A stretch of 64,000 bases of DNA. It comes from Gemmatimonadaceae bacterium. GTDB lineage: Bacteria; Gemmatimonadota; Gemmatimonadetes; Gemmatimonadales; Gemmatimonadaceae. The notes under the pieces were generated by a model, which saw only the letters and a program-made list of their open reading frames with translations, was not told the origin of the DNA and made no database searches. The stretch lies in the NCBI GenBank assembly GCA_045803545.1, contig JBJMOW010000002.1:288001-352000 (forward strand). Direction: 5' to 3'. Numbering within the stretch: the stretch's first letter is position 1; the number at the start of each line of letters is the position of its first letter. Below are positions 9,961-18,423 of this stretch, piece by piece. Position numbers and translations under genes: made by a program.

Positions 9961-11583
9961 ATGTCAGTTGCAAGGGCGCTCGAGCGTGACGGCGCAGCAG
10001 AAGAACAACCACTAGTCGAGCCAATCGCGGCGCTCCCCGAGGGCGCTCCCCACAAATACCTGATCGCGTTCGCGGTGGTGCTGGCGGCGTTGATGCAGGT
10101 CATCGACAGCTCCATCGTCAACGTCGCTTTGCCCGACATGATGGGCAACCTCGGCGCGAGTCTCGATGAAATCGCGTGGGTTTCCACGGGCTACATCCTC
10201 GCCAGCGTAATCATCATCCCTCTCACCGGATGGCTTGGAGATTTCTTCGGCCGCAAGCGTTACTTCGTCGGCTCGATCGTAATCTTCACCGTCACCAGTT
10301 TTTTGTGTGGAGCGTCCGGCTCGCTGTCGGAGCTGGTATTCTGGCGAATCGTGCAGGGGCTCGGCGGCGGTGCGCTGATGACCGTCTCACAAGCGGTGCT
10401 GTTCGAGTCGTTCCCGCGTCGAGAGGCGGGTATGGCGATGGCACTGTTCGGACTGGGCGTGATGGTCGGTCCGACAATCGGTCCTACACTCGGCGGTTGG
10501 CTGACCGACAACTACGGCTGGCCGTGGATTTTTTACGTGAACCTGCCGGTGGGTGTGCTGGCGTCGATGATGATCATTGCATACGTCCACGATCCCGAGC
10601 ACCAGAAACGGCCGCCGTCGGTGGATTACATCGGGATTGCGCTGCTGGCGATGAGCGTCGGCTCTCTACAGTACTTGCTGGAGTACGGACAGCGCGAAGA
10701 CTGGTTCCAGTCCAGCACGATGACGTTGCTCGCCGTTGTCAGCGCCGTGGGCGGCGTCGGGCTGCTGTGGCGAGAGATGACGACCGATCACCCGGTGATT
10801 GATTTCCGGGTGCTTCGACACCGTCAGATGTGGGTCGGTACTCTGCTGGGCGTGGTGATGGGTGTCGGTTTGTTCGCCTCAGTGTTCACGCTTCCCGTGT
10901 TTCTGCAGGGCAACCTCCGGATGACGGCGCAACAAACGGGCATCGTACTGTTGCCGGGCGCCCTGGCGACCGCGGTGTCGATGGCGGTCGTCGGCCGGCT
11001 CACCAATCGCTTCGATCCCCGCGTCCTGATCACCATCGGCGCATTGCTTTTCGCCGCCGCAATGATTCGGCTCTCACGAATCACGGGCGAGAGTGGGAGT
11101 GGGGACTTTTTCTGGGCGTTGATCATGCGCGGCGTCGGACTCGGCATGATGTTCGTCCCGCTGACGACGGTCACGCTCGCCGAGCTCGATCATCGCGAGC
11201 TGCCGCAGGGCACCGGGCTTTACAACTTCTTCCGTCAGCTCGGCGGCTCACTGGGAATCGCCGCGATCGCAACCCTGTTGTCGCATTACACCGCTCAATT
11301 TCGTGCGATTCTCTCCGAACACATCTCGTACGGCGATCCGACGACGATGACGCGCGTCGACATGCTGACGCGCGGGATGATGGCGAGAGGTGCAGATATG
11401 GCCACAGCGCGTGCGAGAGCGCTGGAGATTCTGGATCGCGAGTTGATGGCGCAGGCGAGCGTCGTGGCGTATAGCCGGATCTACGTGCTGAGCGCGATCC
11501 TCATTCTCGCATTGATTCCGCTGCTGCTATTGGTGCGGCATACGAAGGGAGCAGCGGGCGGAACGCAGCACGTCATGGAATAA
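9961..11583 (+). CDS. DHA2 (EmrB/QacA) family MFS efflux transporter
   Basis: DSSIVNVALPDM, GWLGDFFGRKR, RIVQGLGGG, GPTLGGWLTDNYGWPWIFYVNLP; 14-TM pattern. Confidence 0.93.
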   Translation: MSVARALERDGAAEEQPLVEPIAALPEGAPHKYLIAFAVVLAALMQVIDSSIVNVALPDMMGNLGASLDEIAWVSTGYILASVIIIPLTGWLGDFFGRKRYFVGSIVIFTVTSFLCGASGSLSELVFWRIVQGLGGGALMTVSQAVLFESFPRREAGMAMALFGLGVMVGPTIGPTLGGWLTDNYGWPWIFYVNLPVGVLASMMIIAYVHDPEHQKRPPSVDYIGIALLAMSVGSLQYLLEYGQREDWFQSSTMTLLAVVSAVGGVGLLWREMTTDHPVIDFRVLRHRQMWVGTLLGVVMGVGLFASVFTLPVFLQGNLRMTAQQTGIVLLPGALATAVSMAVVGRLTNRFDPRVLITIGALLFAAAMIRLSRITGESGSGDFFWALIMRGVGLGMMFVPLTTVTLAELDHRELPQGTGLYNFFRQLGGSLGIAAIATLLSHYTAQFRAILSEHISYGDPTTMTRVDMLTRGMMARGADMATARARALEILDRELMAQASVVAYSRIYVLSAILILALIPLLLLVRHTKGAAGGTQHVME

Positions 11584-11628
11584 GTCGCTGATGAACTGCT
11601 TGCTGGCTCCTCGCACTAAGCAGCGCTC

Positions 11629-13245
11629 TTACCGCTTTCCCGCCGGCTTCGAAGGAGCTTCCGCGCTGGCTCCTGCTGCGCGCGCATCATCCGGATCCGC
11701 GAAGCTCACATCCTTCCCGCGCTGCTTGAGCATGTTGAGGATGCCGACCTTATCGGTCGCCTTGAAATAGGCTTCCTGCGGCTCGACCTGCTTCTGGTCC
11801 ACCAGCTCCACCAGCGCGTCGTTCATCGTCACCATTCCCAGGCGACGCGAAGTCTGCAGCACTGAGGGAAGCTGGAAGGTCTTGCCTTCGCGAATCAGGT
11901 TCGAGACTGACGGCGTAGACAACATGATCTCGCGTGCCGCGACACGGCCGCCGCCAATTTTCTTGCACAGCACCTGCGAGATGACGCCCTTGATCGATTC
12001 GGAGAGCATCACGCGGATCTGCTCCTGACGATCGGGTGGGAACTGGTCGATGACGCGGTCGACGGTGCTGACCGCGGTCGATGTATGGAGCGTGCCGAAA
12101 ACGAGGTGACCGGTTTCAGCTGTCTCAATTGCCATCGAAACCGTCTCCAGGTCGCGAAGCTCACCGACGAGCACGATGTCCGGATCCTCACGCAGTGCGG
12201 CGCGCAAGGCGTGCTTGAACGAAGAGGTGTGCACTCCGACGTGGCGCTGGGTGATCAGGCACTTCTTGCTCTCGTGAACGAATTCGATCGGATCTTCGAT
12301 GGTGATGACGTGGTCCGAGCGGGTGCGGTTGATCAGGTCGATCAGCGCGCACAGCGTCGTCGACTTACCTGAGCCCGTCGGGCCGGTGACGAGAACCAGG
12401 CCCTTCGTCAGATGACAAAGGCGCTGCACTTCCGGCGAGATTCCCATCTGCTCGACGGTGACGACCGCCGCAGGAATGGCGCGGAATACTGCGCCTGTCC
12501 CTTTTCGCTCACGCAACGCGTTACCACGGAAGCGCGCGATGCCAGGAATCTCGTGTGCGAAGTCGCTGTCGTTCAAGTCTTTGAACTCTTCGCGATTCCG
12601 CTCGAGCATCACTGCGTCCAGCATCGCCTCGATGTCTTCCGAGGAAAGCGCCGGTTCATTCGCGATCGGCAGAATATCGCCGCTCGCGCGAAGCAGCGGC
12701 GGCGACCCGGCTCGCAAGTGAAGATCGGAAGCCTTGTGCGTGATCAGTGCCCTGAGCAGAGTCTCCATCTTCTCGAGCGCGCGGCCTCCGCCCAGCGAGG
12801 AACGCGGAGTCGCGGCTGCCGGAGTCGGTCTCGCTTCGGCGCGCGCAGGAGCGGGAGACGACACGGCCGGTGTCGACGCGATCGCTGCCGTCGGCGTAAA
12901 GCCGACAACGGGCGAAACCGGCGCCGGATTCGTCTTGGGCGACGCGGCAGTGGCTGGCTCGATGCGGGCGCCGATTTTTCCATTCTGCGTCATCGAAACT
13001 TCGAACGTTCCATCCGCGCAGCTATACTGGAATCGTACGCTGCCCTGGGCGTCGAGCTGGTGCGGCTGATTTGCCGGCGCAATCTCACGCACCAGCGTGA
13101 GGATCTGCGCGCTTGTCAGCGCCTGCTTCATCACCGGACGTGGCTGATCCTTGATGGTCAGCGTCGCGATCTCGCCCTCGGTCAGAACGAGCGATGTCGC
13201 TTTGTTGGTGATGAGAAGATTGAGAAAGCGATCTAGCTGCGCCAT
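11629..13245 (-). CDS. pilT: type IV pilus retraction ATPase PilT with an extra N-terminal domain
   Basis: ASDLHL, Walker A GPTGSGKST, ITIEDPIE, LREDPDIVLVGELRD, ETGHLVFGTLH, SVSNLIREGK. Confidence 0.92.
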   Translation of the reverse strand: MAQLDRFLNLLITNKATSLVLTEGEIATLTIKDQPRPVMKQALTSAQILTLVREIAPANQPHQLDAQGSVRFQYSCADGTFEVSMTQNGKIGARIEPATAASPKTNPAPVSPVVGFTPTAAIASTPAVSSPAPARAEARPTPAAATPRSSLGGGRALEKMETLLRALITHKASDLHLRAGSPPLLRASGDILPIANEPALSSEDIEAMLDAVMLERNREEFKDLNDSDFAHEIPGIARFRGNALRERKGTGAVFRAIPAAVVTVEQMGISPEVQRLCHLTKGLVLVTGPTGSGKSTTLCALIDLINRTRSDHVITIEDPIEFVHESKKCLITQRHVGVHTSSFKHALRAALREDPDIVLVGELRDLETVSMAIETAETGHLVFGTLHTSTAVSTVDRVIDQFPPDRQEQIRVMLSESIKGVISQVLCKKIGGGRVAAREIMLSTPSVSNLIREGKTFQLPSVLQTSRRLGMVTMNDALVELVDQKQVEPQEAYFKATDKVGILNMLKQRGKDVSFADPDDARAAGASAEAPSKPAGKR

Positions 13246-13246
13246 G

Positions 13247-13744
13247 TCAGTCCAGTGGGCGAACGCGATCGATGAGCGAGCGATTGATCAGTCGCGCTTC
13301 GTTCGACGTATAGAGTGTGAGGAACCGGGACGTGAGCGCGTTGAGGTAATCGAGCACACGCGCACGGTCCGGACGTGCTTCCAGGCGAATGGAGCCGAGT
13401 CGAACCTCGCCGCCGATCAGAATGATCTGCAGCAGGGCAGTTGGAATTGGTCCTTCGCTTGGGTTCTGATCCGAGGCGTCTTCGCCGCGGTTTGCTGCAA
13501 CTTCGGCGACGCGCTCTTTCGAGATCAGAATCACTTCGCCAGTCTCCATCTCCAACGGAAAAAACGTTGTCGTGTCGTTGAAGACTTCGGAGACATCGGC
13601 GAGCTCGAACGGCCGAAACGAGGAAAGATGAATGAACACGTTTCCACGAATTTCTTCGCCGCTCAACATCGTGAGAATCACCGCTTTTCGAGTCGTCTCG
13701 ATGCGGTAGAGATTCGCGGTGTCACTTGTGTAAGGCATCGGCAC
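13247..13744 (-). CDS. hypothetical protein with internal tandem duplication (resembles DUF6812; unverified), directly upstream of pilT
   Basis: Ends 1 nt before the pilT start; two similar halves (GEEIRGNVF..FFPL..ILISKERV and GEVRLGSI..RFLTL..RLINRSLI). Confidence 0.75.
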   Translation of the reverse strand: MPMPYTSDTANLYRIETTRKAVILTMLSGEEIRGNVFIHLSSFRPFELADVSEVFNDTTTFFPLEMETGEVILISKERVAEVAANRGEDASDQNPSEGPIPTALLQIILIGGEVRLGSIRLEARPDRARVLDYLNALTSRFLTLYTSNEARLINRSLIDRVRPLD

Positions 13745-13941
13745 GCGCGATCTGGGTTAGGCGTGGGTGCTTCGTTCTTACAAAGACTGTTTTCCGACCT
13801 CAGCCGTCACGTATTTTTGAGCTGAATTTCCCTCTTGCGACGGGGGTATTTCCCCTTCTGGCCAACACAAAGGTGATGCGCCAACTACCCTAGTGTCCCT
13901 GGGCCTTAATTCGTACTTTCCCGTGTCCTTTTCAGCCCGGG

Positions 13942-15666
13942 ATGGCGATGACTACTGGCTTTGCGCTTCCGTTCTTTCAACCGCAACGACCGACGTACGA
14001 CGTTGTCATAGTAGGCTCCGGCGCTGGCGGCGGGATGGCCGCCTACACGCTGACTCGCGCCGGCGCAAACGTCCTGCTGCTCGAGGCGGGCGGGCCTTGG
14101 GACAATCTCAAGGATTCACAGATGCTGCGATGGCCGTACACATCGCCGCGTCGTGGAGCTTCCACGCCGGACCGGCCGTTTGGTGAATTCGATGCCTGCG
14201 TCGGCGGCTGGGAGCTTCAGGGCGAGCCGTTCACGGTAGCCGAGGGAAATGAATTCAGGTGGTGGCGCGCCCGGATGGTCGGCGGGCGGACCAATCACTG
14301 GGGCCGTATCTCGCTCCGCTTCGGTCCCAACGACTTCAAGGCGAAGAGTCGAGACGGGCTCGGCGACGATTGGCCGATCACCTACGAGGATGTCGCGCCC
14401 TACTACGACCGACTGGACAAACTCGTCGGCGTATTCGGCAACAATGACAACCTGCCCAATCACCCTGGCGGATATTTTCTACCGCCGCCGGCGCCGCGTT
14501 GTTACGAGCTGATGGTCAAGGACGCCGCCGATCGACTGAACATCACCTGTGTCTCGGCCCGGCTGTCGATCATCACCAAGAATCACAACGGCCGCATGGC
14601 CTGTCACTACTGCGGGCAGTGCAATCGCGGCTGCCGCACCAACTCGAACTTCACCGCGACCAACGTGCTGATCGCGCCGGCGCTGCAAACCGGGCGCCTG
14701 ACACTGCGCACGAACTCGATGGTGCGCGAAGTCACGCTCAATGATCGCGGGTTGGCGAGCGGCGTCACTTATATCGACACAAAGACCGGCACCGAGCAGC
14801 ACGCTATGGGGCGTGTCGTGGTACTCGCGGCGAGCGCTTGTGAGACTGCCAGACTGCTTCTCAACTCGAAGTCTCCAAGATTCCCGAACGGGTTGGCCAA
14901 CACCAGCGGTCTCGTCGGCAAGTACCTCACCGACACCACTGGCACCGATGTCGGCGGATTTGTCCCGAAGATGATGAACCACGTTCCGCACAACGAAGAC
15001 GGCGTTGGCGGAATGCACATCTACATGCCGTGGTGGCTGGACAATCGGAAGCTCGATTTCCCGCGCGGATACCACATCGAGACGGGCGGCGGCCTCACCG
15101 GGCCACCGGAGTACGGATTCCTGAATGGCATCCAGAACTATCCGACGGGTGGGGGATACGGCAAAAAGCTCAAGGACGACTATCGCCGGTACGCCGGGGC
15201 GCAAATCTATTTCTCGGGTCGCGGCGAGATGATCCCGAATGACAAGAGCTACTGCGAGATCGATCCGGTGATGAAGGACAAGTACGGCATCCCGGTGCTT
15301 CGATTCCACTGGGAGTGGGCGGATTACGAGTACAATCAGGTTCGCCACATGCAGCAGACTTTCCGCTCACTGATCGAACAGATGGGCGGGCAGGTCTTCA
15401 GTTCCATGCCAGATCGGCAAAAGGGATACGGCATCGCGCGCGGCGGTGAGATCATCCACGAGCTCGGCACTACTCGCATGGGTAGCGACCCGTCGAAGGC
15501 TGTAGTCGATGCCAATTGTCGGGCCCATGACGTGAAGAACCTTTTCATCACTGATGGCGGTCCGTTCGTGTCGCAGGCCGACAAGAATCCGACGTGGACG
15601 ATCATGGCGCTTTCGATGCGCACGAGTGACTTCATTACCGGCGAGACAAAGAGGGGGGCGCTCTAA
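13942..15666 (+). CDS. GMC family FAD oxidoreductase (glucoside 3-dehydrogenase-type catalytic subunit)
   Basis: YDVVIVGSGAGGG, GGRTNHWGR, Fe-S motif CHYCGQCNRGC, IHELGTTRMG, KNPTWTIMALS. Confidence 0.93.
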   Translation: MAMTTGFALPFFQPQRPTYDVVIVGSGAGGGMAAYTLTRAGANVLLLEAGGPWDNLKDSQMLRWPYTSPRRGASTPDRPFGEFDACVGGWELQGEPFTVAEGNEFRWWRARMVGGRTNHWGRISLRFGPNDFKAKSRDGLGDDWPITYEDVAPYYDRLDKLVGVFGNNDNLPNHPGGYFLPPPAPRCYELMVKDAADRLNITCVSARLSIITKNHNGRMACHYCGQCNRGCRTNSNFTATNVLIAPALQTGRLTLRTNSMVREVTLNDRGLASGVTYIDTKTGTEQHAMGRVVVLAASACETARLLLNSKSPRFPNGLANTSGLVGKYLTDTTGTDVGGFVPKMMNHVPHNEDGVGGMHIYMPWWLDNRKLDFPRGYHIETGGGLTGPPEYGFLNGIQNYPTGGGYGKKLKDDYRRYAGAQIYFSGRGEMIPNDKSYCEIDPVMKDKYGIPVLRFHWEWADYEYNQVRHMQQTFRSLIEQMGGQVFSSMPDRQKGYGIARGGEIIHELGTTRMGSDPSKAVVDANCRAHDVKNLFITDGGPFVSQADKNPTWTIMALSMRTSDFITGETKRGAL

Positions 15667-16307
15667 TGGCAAAGGACATTTCTCGCCGTGAAGCGGTGCA
15701 GGCTCTCGCCGCACTCCCCGCGGCTGTCTTCTGGTCGACCGCCGAGCTGGAACGGGCGCGCAAGTTTGTCGACAACGCGTTGAGCGCAACGGCACAGGGG
15801 AAAGCATTCGCGCCGAAGTTTTTTAGCGCCGCCGAATGGAAAACCGTGCGTGTGCTCTGCGACATGGTAATTCCGCGCGACGAGCGCTCGGGCGGCGCCG
15901 TCGACGCGGGCGTACCAGAGTTCATGGATTTCACGATGACGGATCGGCCGCGCTATCAGCAGAGAATGCGAGATGGGCTCGCGTGGATCGATGCTGAATC
16001 CAACCGGCGGTTCGGGAAGCCGTTTGCTGCCGCGACTGCAACACAGCGTGAAGCGATTCTCAACGATATCGCGTGGCCCGCGCGTGCTCCCGCATCGATG
16101 AAAGATGGGGTCGATTTCTTCAACGGCTTCCGCGATCTAACTGCGTCGGGATATTGGTCCAGCGAGATCGGGGTGAAGGATCTCCGCTACATGGGGAACG
16201 TATTCAATCCGAACTGGAATGGCTGCCCGCCGGCAGCTCTGAAGAAACTCGGCGTCACCTACGCAAAATTCGACAGAACCAAGCTGCGTCTCACCCCCGA
16301 AGGATAG
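15666..16307 (+). CDS. gluconate 2-dehydrogenase subunit 3 family (Tat chaperone/gamma subunit)
   Basis: SRREAV Tat motif; LCDMVIP..SGGAVDAGVPEFMD, GYWSSEIG..YMGN; coupled to the GMC stop. Confidence 0.9.
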   Translation: MAKDISRREAVQALAALPAAVFWSTAELERARKFVDNALSATAQGKAFAPKFFSAAEWKTVRVLCDMVIPRDERSGGAVDAGVPEFMDFTMTDRPRYQQRMRDGLAWIDAESNRRFGKPFAAATATQREAILNDIAWPARAPASMKDGVDFFNGFRDLTASGYWSSEIGVKDLRYMGNVFNPNWNGCPPAALKKLGVTYAKFDRTKLRLTPEG

Positions 16308-16332
16308 ACCTTAACCATCGACGCGAATTGAC

Positions 16333-17586
16333 ATGACAGATCGACTTGGCATTGGTTTCGTCGGCAGCGGGTTCAATGCCCGCTTTCACATCCTCTCGCT
16401 GACCTCTGTCCGCGAGATCGATGTCCGCGGCGTGTACAGCCCAAACGAAAAGAACGCGGCGTCAACGGCAGCGCTCGCCCGCGAGCTCGATGTCGGCGAG
16501 GCGAGGCCGTACAAATCCATACGCGACATGGTCGCGGATCCGGCGATCAATGCGCTTTGGCTGTGCGGTCCCAATCAGGCACGCATCGACAACATCACCG
16601 AGATCGTCGACGCGATCAAATCGGGAGCCGGTACGTTGCGCGGCCTGGCGTGTGAGAAGCCGCTCGCGCGCAACGTCGCTGAGGCAAAAAAAGTCGTCGA
16701 CATGGTCAAGAGCGTCGGACTCGCCACCAGTTACCTCGAGAACCAGTTGTACTCGCCCGACATCACGCGCGGTAAGGAATTGATCTGGGCGCGTGGTGCA
16801 TCGCTTACCGGTCGGCCGTATCTGGCGCGTGCCGCCGAGGAGCACAGCGGCCCGCACATGCCATGGTTCTGGCAGGGCAACATGCAGGGCGGGGGCGTGC
16901 TCAACGACATGATGTGTCACTCCGTCGAAGTCGTGCGACACTTGCTCACCAAACCGGGCTCCCCGCGGTCGTCGATCAAACCAGTGCGGGTCAGCGGTCA
17001 CATCGCTTCACTGAAGTGGTCACGGCCGCATTATGCCAAACTATTGTCGGAAACGATGGGCAAGGATGTCGACTACACCAAACGGCCGTCCGAGGATTTT
17101 GCCCGCGCCACCATCGAATACGAATCGGAGGAGGGCGAGCCGCTGGTGGGCGAGGTGACCACCTCGTGGAGTTTCGTCGGCGCCGGACTCCGCCTGTCAG
17201 CGGAGTTGCTCGGTCCGGAGTATTCCATGTCCTGGAACACGCTCGACTCGAGCCTGAAGTTGTTTTTCAGTCGTGAAGTGAGCGGCAAGGCGGGTGAGGA
17301 CCTGGTCGAGAAGCAGAACGCCGAGATGGGCCTAATGCCTGTAGTCGCCGAGGAAGCCTCGGTCTATGGGTATAGTGCCGAGAACCGGCAGACCGCCCGA
17401 GCGTTTCTGAAGGGCGAGAAGCCCATGCTCACATTTGATGACGGGCTCGAGGTCGTCAAAATCCTGATGACGGCCTATATGAGCGCCCAGACCGGCCGTA
17501 CCCTCGATTTCCCGCCCAAGGACTTGGACTCCTTTGTACCGGCGGTCGCGCAGGGGAAGTGGAATCCGAGGGGACGTGCGGGATGA
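16333..17586 (+). CDS. cytoplasmic Gfo/Idh/MocA family oxidoreductase
   Basis: IGFVGSGFNA, CEKPLAR, GGGVLNDMMCH; no signal peptide. Confidence 0.9.
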   Translation: MTDRLGIGFVGSGFNARFHILSLTSVREIDVRGVYSPNEKNAASTAALARELDVGEARPYKSIRDMVADPAINALWLCGPNQARIDNITEIVDAIKSGAGTLRGLACEKPLARNVAEAKKVVDMVKSVGLATSYLENQLYSPDITRGKELIWARGASLTGRPYLARAAEEHSGPHMPWFWQGNMQGGGVLNDMMCHSVEVVRHLLTKPGSPRSSIKPVRVSGHIASLKWSRPHYAKLLSETMGKDVDYTKRPSEDFARATIEYESEEGEPLVGEVTTSWSFVGAGLRLSAELLGPEYSMSWNTLDSSLKLFFSREVSGKAGEDLVEKQNAEMGLMPVVAEEASVYGYSAENRQTARAFLKGEKPMLTFDDGLEVVKILMTAYMSAQTGRTLDFPPKDLDSFVPAVAQGKWNPRGRAG

Positions 17587-17646
17587 GGGATGGGGGATGA
17601 GGCCGAAAACGAAGGCTCATCCCCCATCCCCCATCCCTCATCCCGC
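17578..17646. repeat. inverted repeat built from 7-mer units (GGGATGA/GGGATGG), REP-like hairpin
   Basis: gcgggatgagggatgggggatgag, a 14-nt loop, then ctcatcccccatcccccatccctcatcccgc. Confidence 0.85.
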
Positions 17647-17650
17647 CTCT

Positions 17651-17666
17651 TGGCACGGCCAATGCT
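17651..17666 (+). promoter_or_regulatory. putative sigma-54 (-24/-12) promoter
   Basis: TGGCACG-GCCA-ATGCT with correct GG-N10-GC spacing, 30 nt before ATG 17696. Confidence 0.6.
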
Positions 17667-17695
17667 ATTGATGAGCTGTGACATCGATTAGGATT

Positions 17696-18016
17696 ATGGG
17701 AATGAGACTCGCTCATCTGACACTAGCAATCGCAACCGCCGCCACCTTCGGGTGTGCAACTGAAAGGGCAGTCGCCCCACGCTCTGCCAATCCGGGTATG
17801 ATCGCGCAGGTTTCGCCGAATGCGTTGACGACACCGCCGCTTTACGTCGTTGACGGGGTGCGCCTGAAGCTCGATCAGGTTCCCGTTCTCAACTCCGATG
17901 ACGTCCTCTCTGTTAGCGTAGTGAAGGGACACCTCGCGCTGCAGAAATACGGTCCTGAAGCCGCCTACGGTGTGGTCATAGTTCGGACAAAAGCCGGTAA
18001 CGTTCCGCAGACCTGA
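17696..18016 (+). CDS. small lipoprotein consisting of a stand-alone SusC-type TonB plug subdomain
   Basis: Lipobox TFGC; PLYVVDGV..LNSDDVLSVSVVKG..A..KYGPEAAYGVVIVRTK; followed by a terminator. Confidence 0.8.
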   Translation: MGMRLAHLTLAIATAATFGCATERAVAPRSANPGMIAQVSPNALTTPPLYVVDGVRLKLDQVPVLNSDDVLSVSVVKGHLALQKYGPEAAYGVVIVRTKAGNVPQT

Positions 18017-18043
18017 GCAGCTGTCTCGACAGGTTAGCCGATC

Positions 18044-18081
18044 AACAAAAGGGCACCCTTCGCGGGTGCCCTTTGTTGTTT
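18044..18081. terminator. bidirectional intrinsic terminator
   Basis: aacaaaagggcaccc-ttcgc-gggtgccctttgttgttt between convergent genes. Confidence 0.85.
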
Positions 18082-18087
18082 TCCTCG

Positions 18088-18327
18088 CTAGCTGGACCTG
18101 TCGCCGTGTGACCTTCGGCCGCCCTTCCTCATCGGCTCGTGGTTCTCCGGCTCGCCGTATCCGCCGCCGCCGGGCTTTTCACCTCCGCCGTGGACCTTGT
18201 TCACGGTCGCCCAGGCCCGCCGCTCGGCCTCATCCTTGGATACGCCTCTCGTCTCGTAACCCTCTTCTATGTGCTCCGCCTGCCGTTTCTCTTTGTCAGT
18301 GTATTTCGATTTGTCTCCGCGAGGCAT
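18088..18327 (-). CDS. small conserved basic hydrophilic protein (MPRGDK..YTDKQKRQAEHIE family)
   Basis: MPRGDKSKYTDKEKRQAEHIEEGYETRGVSKDEAERRAWATVNK..GGG; SD AGGAGG before ATG 18327. Confidence 0.85.
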   Translation of the reverse strand: MPRGDKSKYTDKEKRQAEHIEEGYETRGVSKDEAERRAWATVNKVHGGGEKPGGGGYGEPENHEPMRKGGRRSHGDRSS

Positions 18328-18423
18328 TTCTTCCTCCTGTTTGCCCGTGAATCGATTCTGCAGACCACGTACCGGCCTGAGCGTCTGGCACCGGGTTGCT
18401 ACTGATAGCATTTTCTTCTGCGA

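Noticed and set aside
13745..13941. Possible c-di-GMP or other riboswitch between the pilT operon and the GMC gene
   Set aside because: No recognisable aptamer consensus by eye; an Rfam search would be needed
18386..18401. TGGCACCGGGTTGCT, sigma-54-like motif upstream of the UPF0182 gene
   Set aside because: GG-to-GC spacing is one base short of the strict -24/-12 requirement
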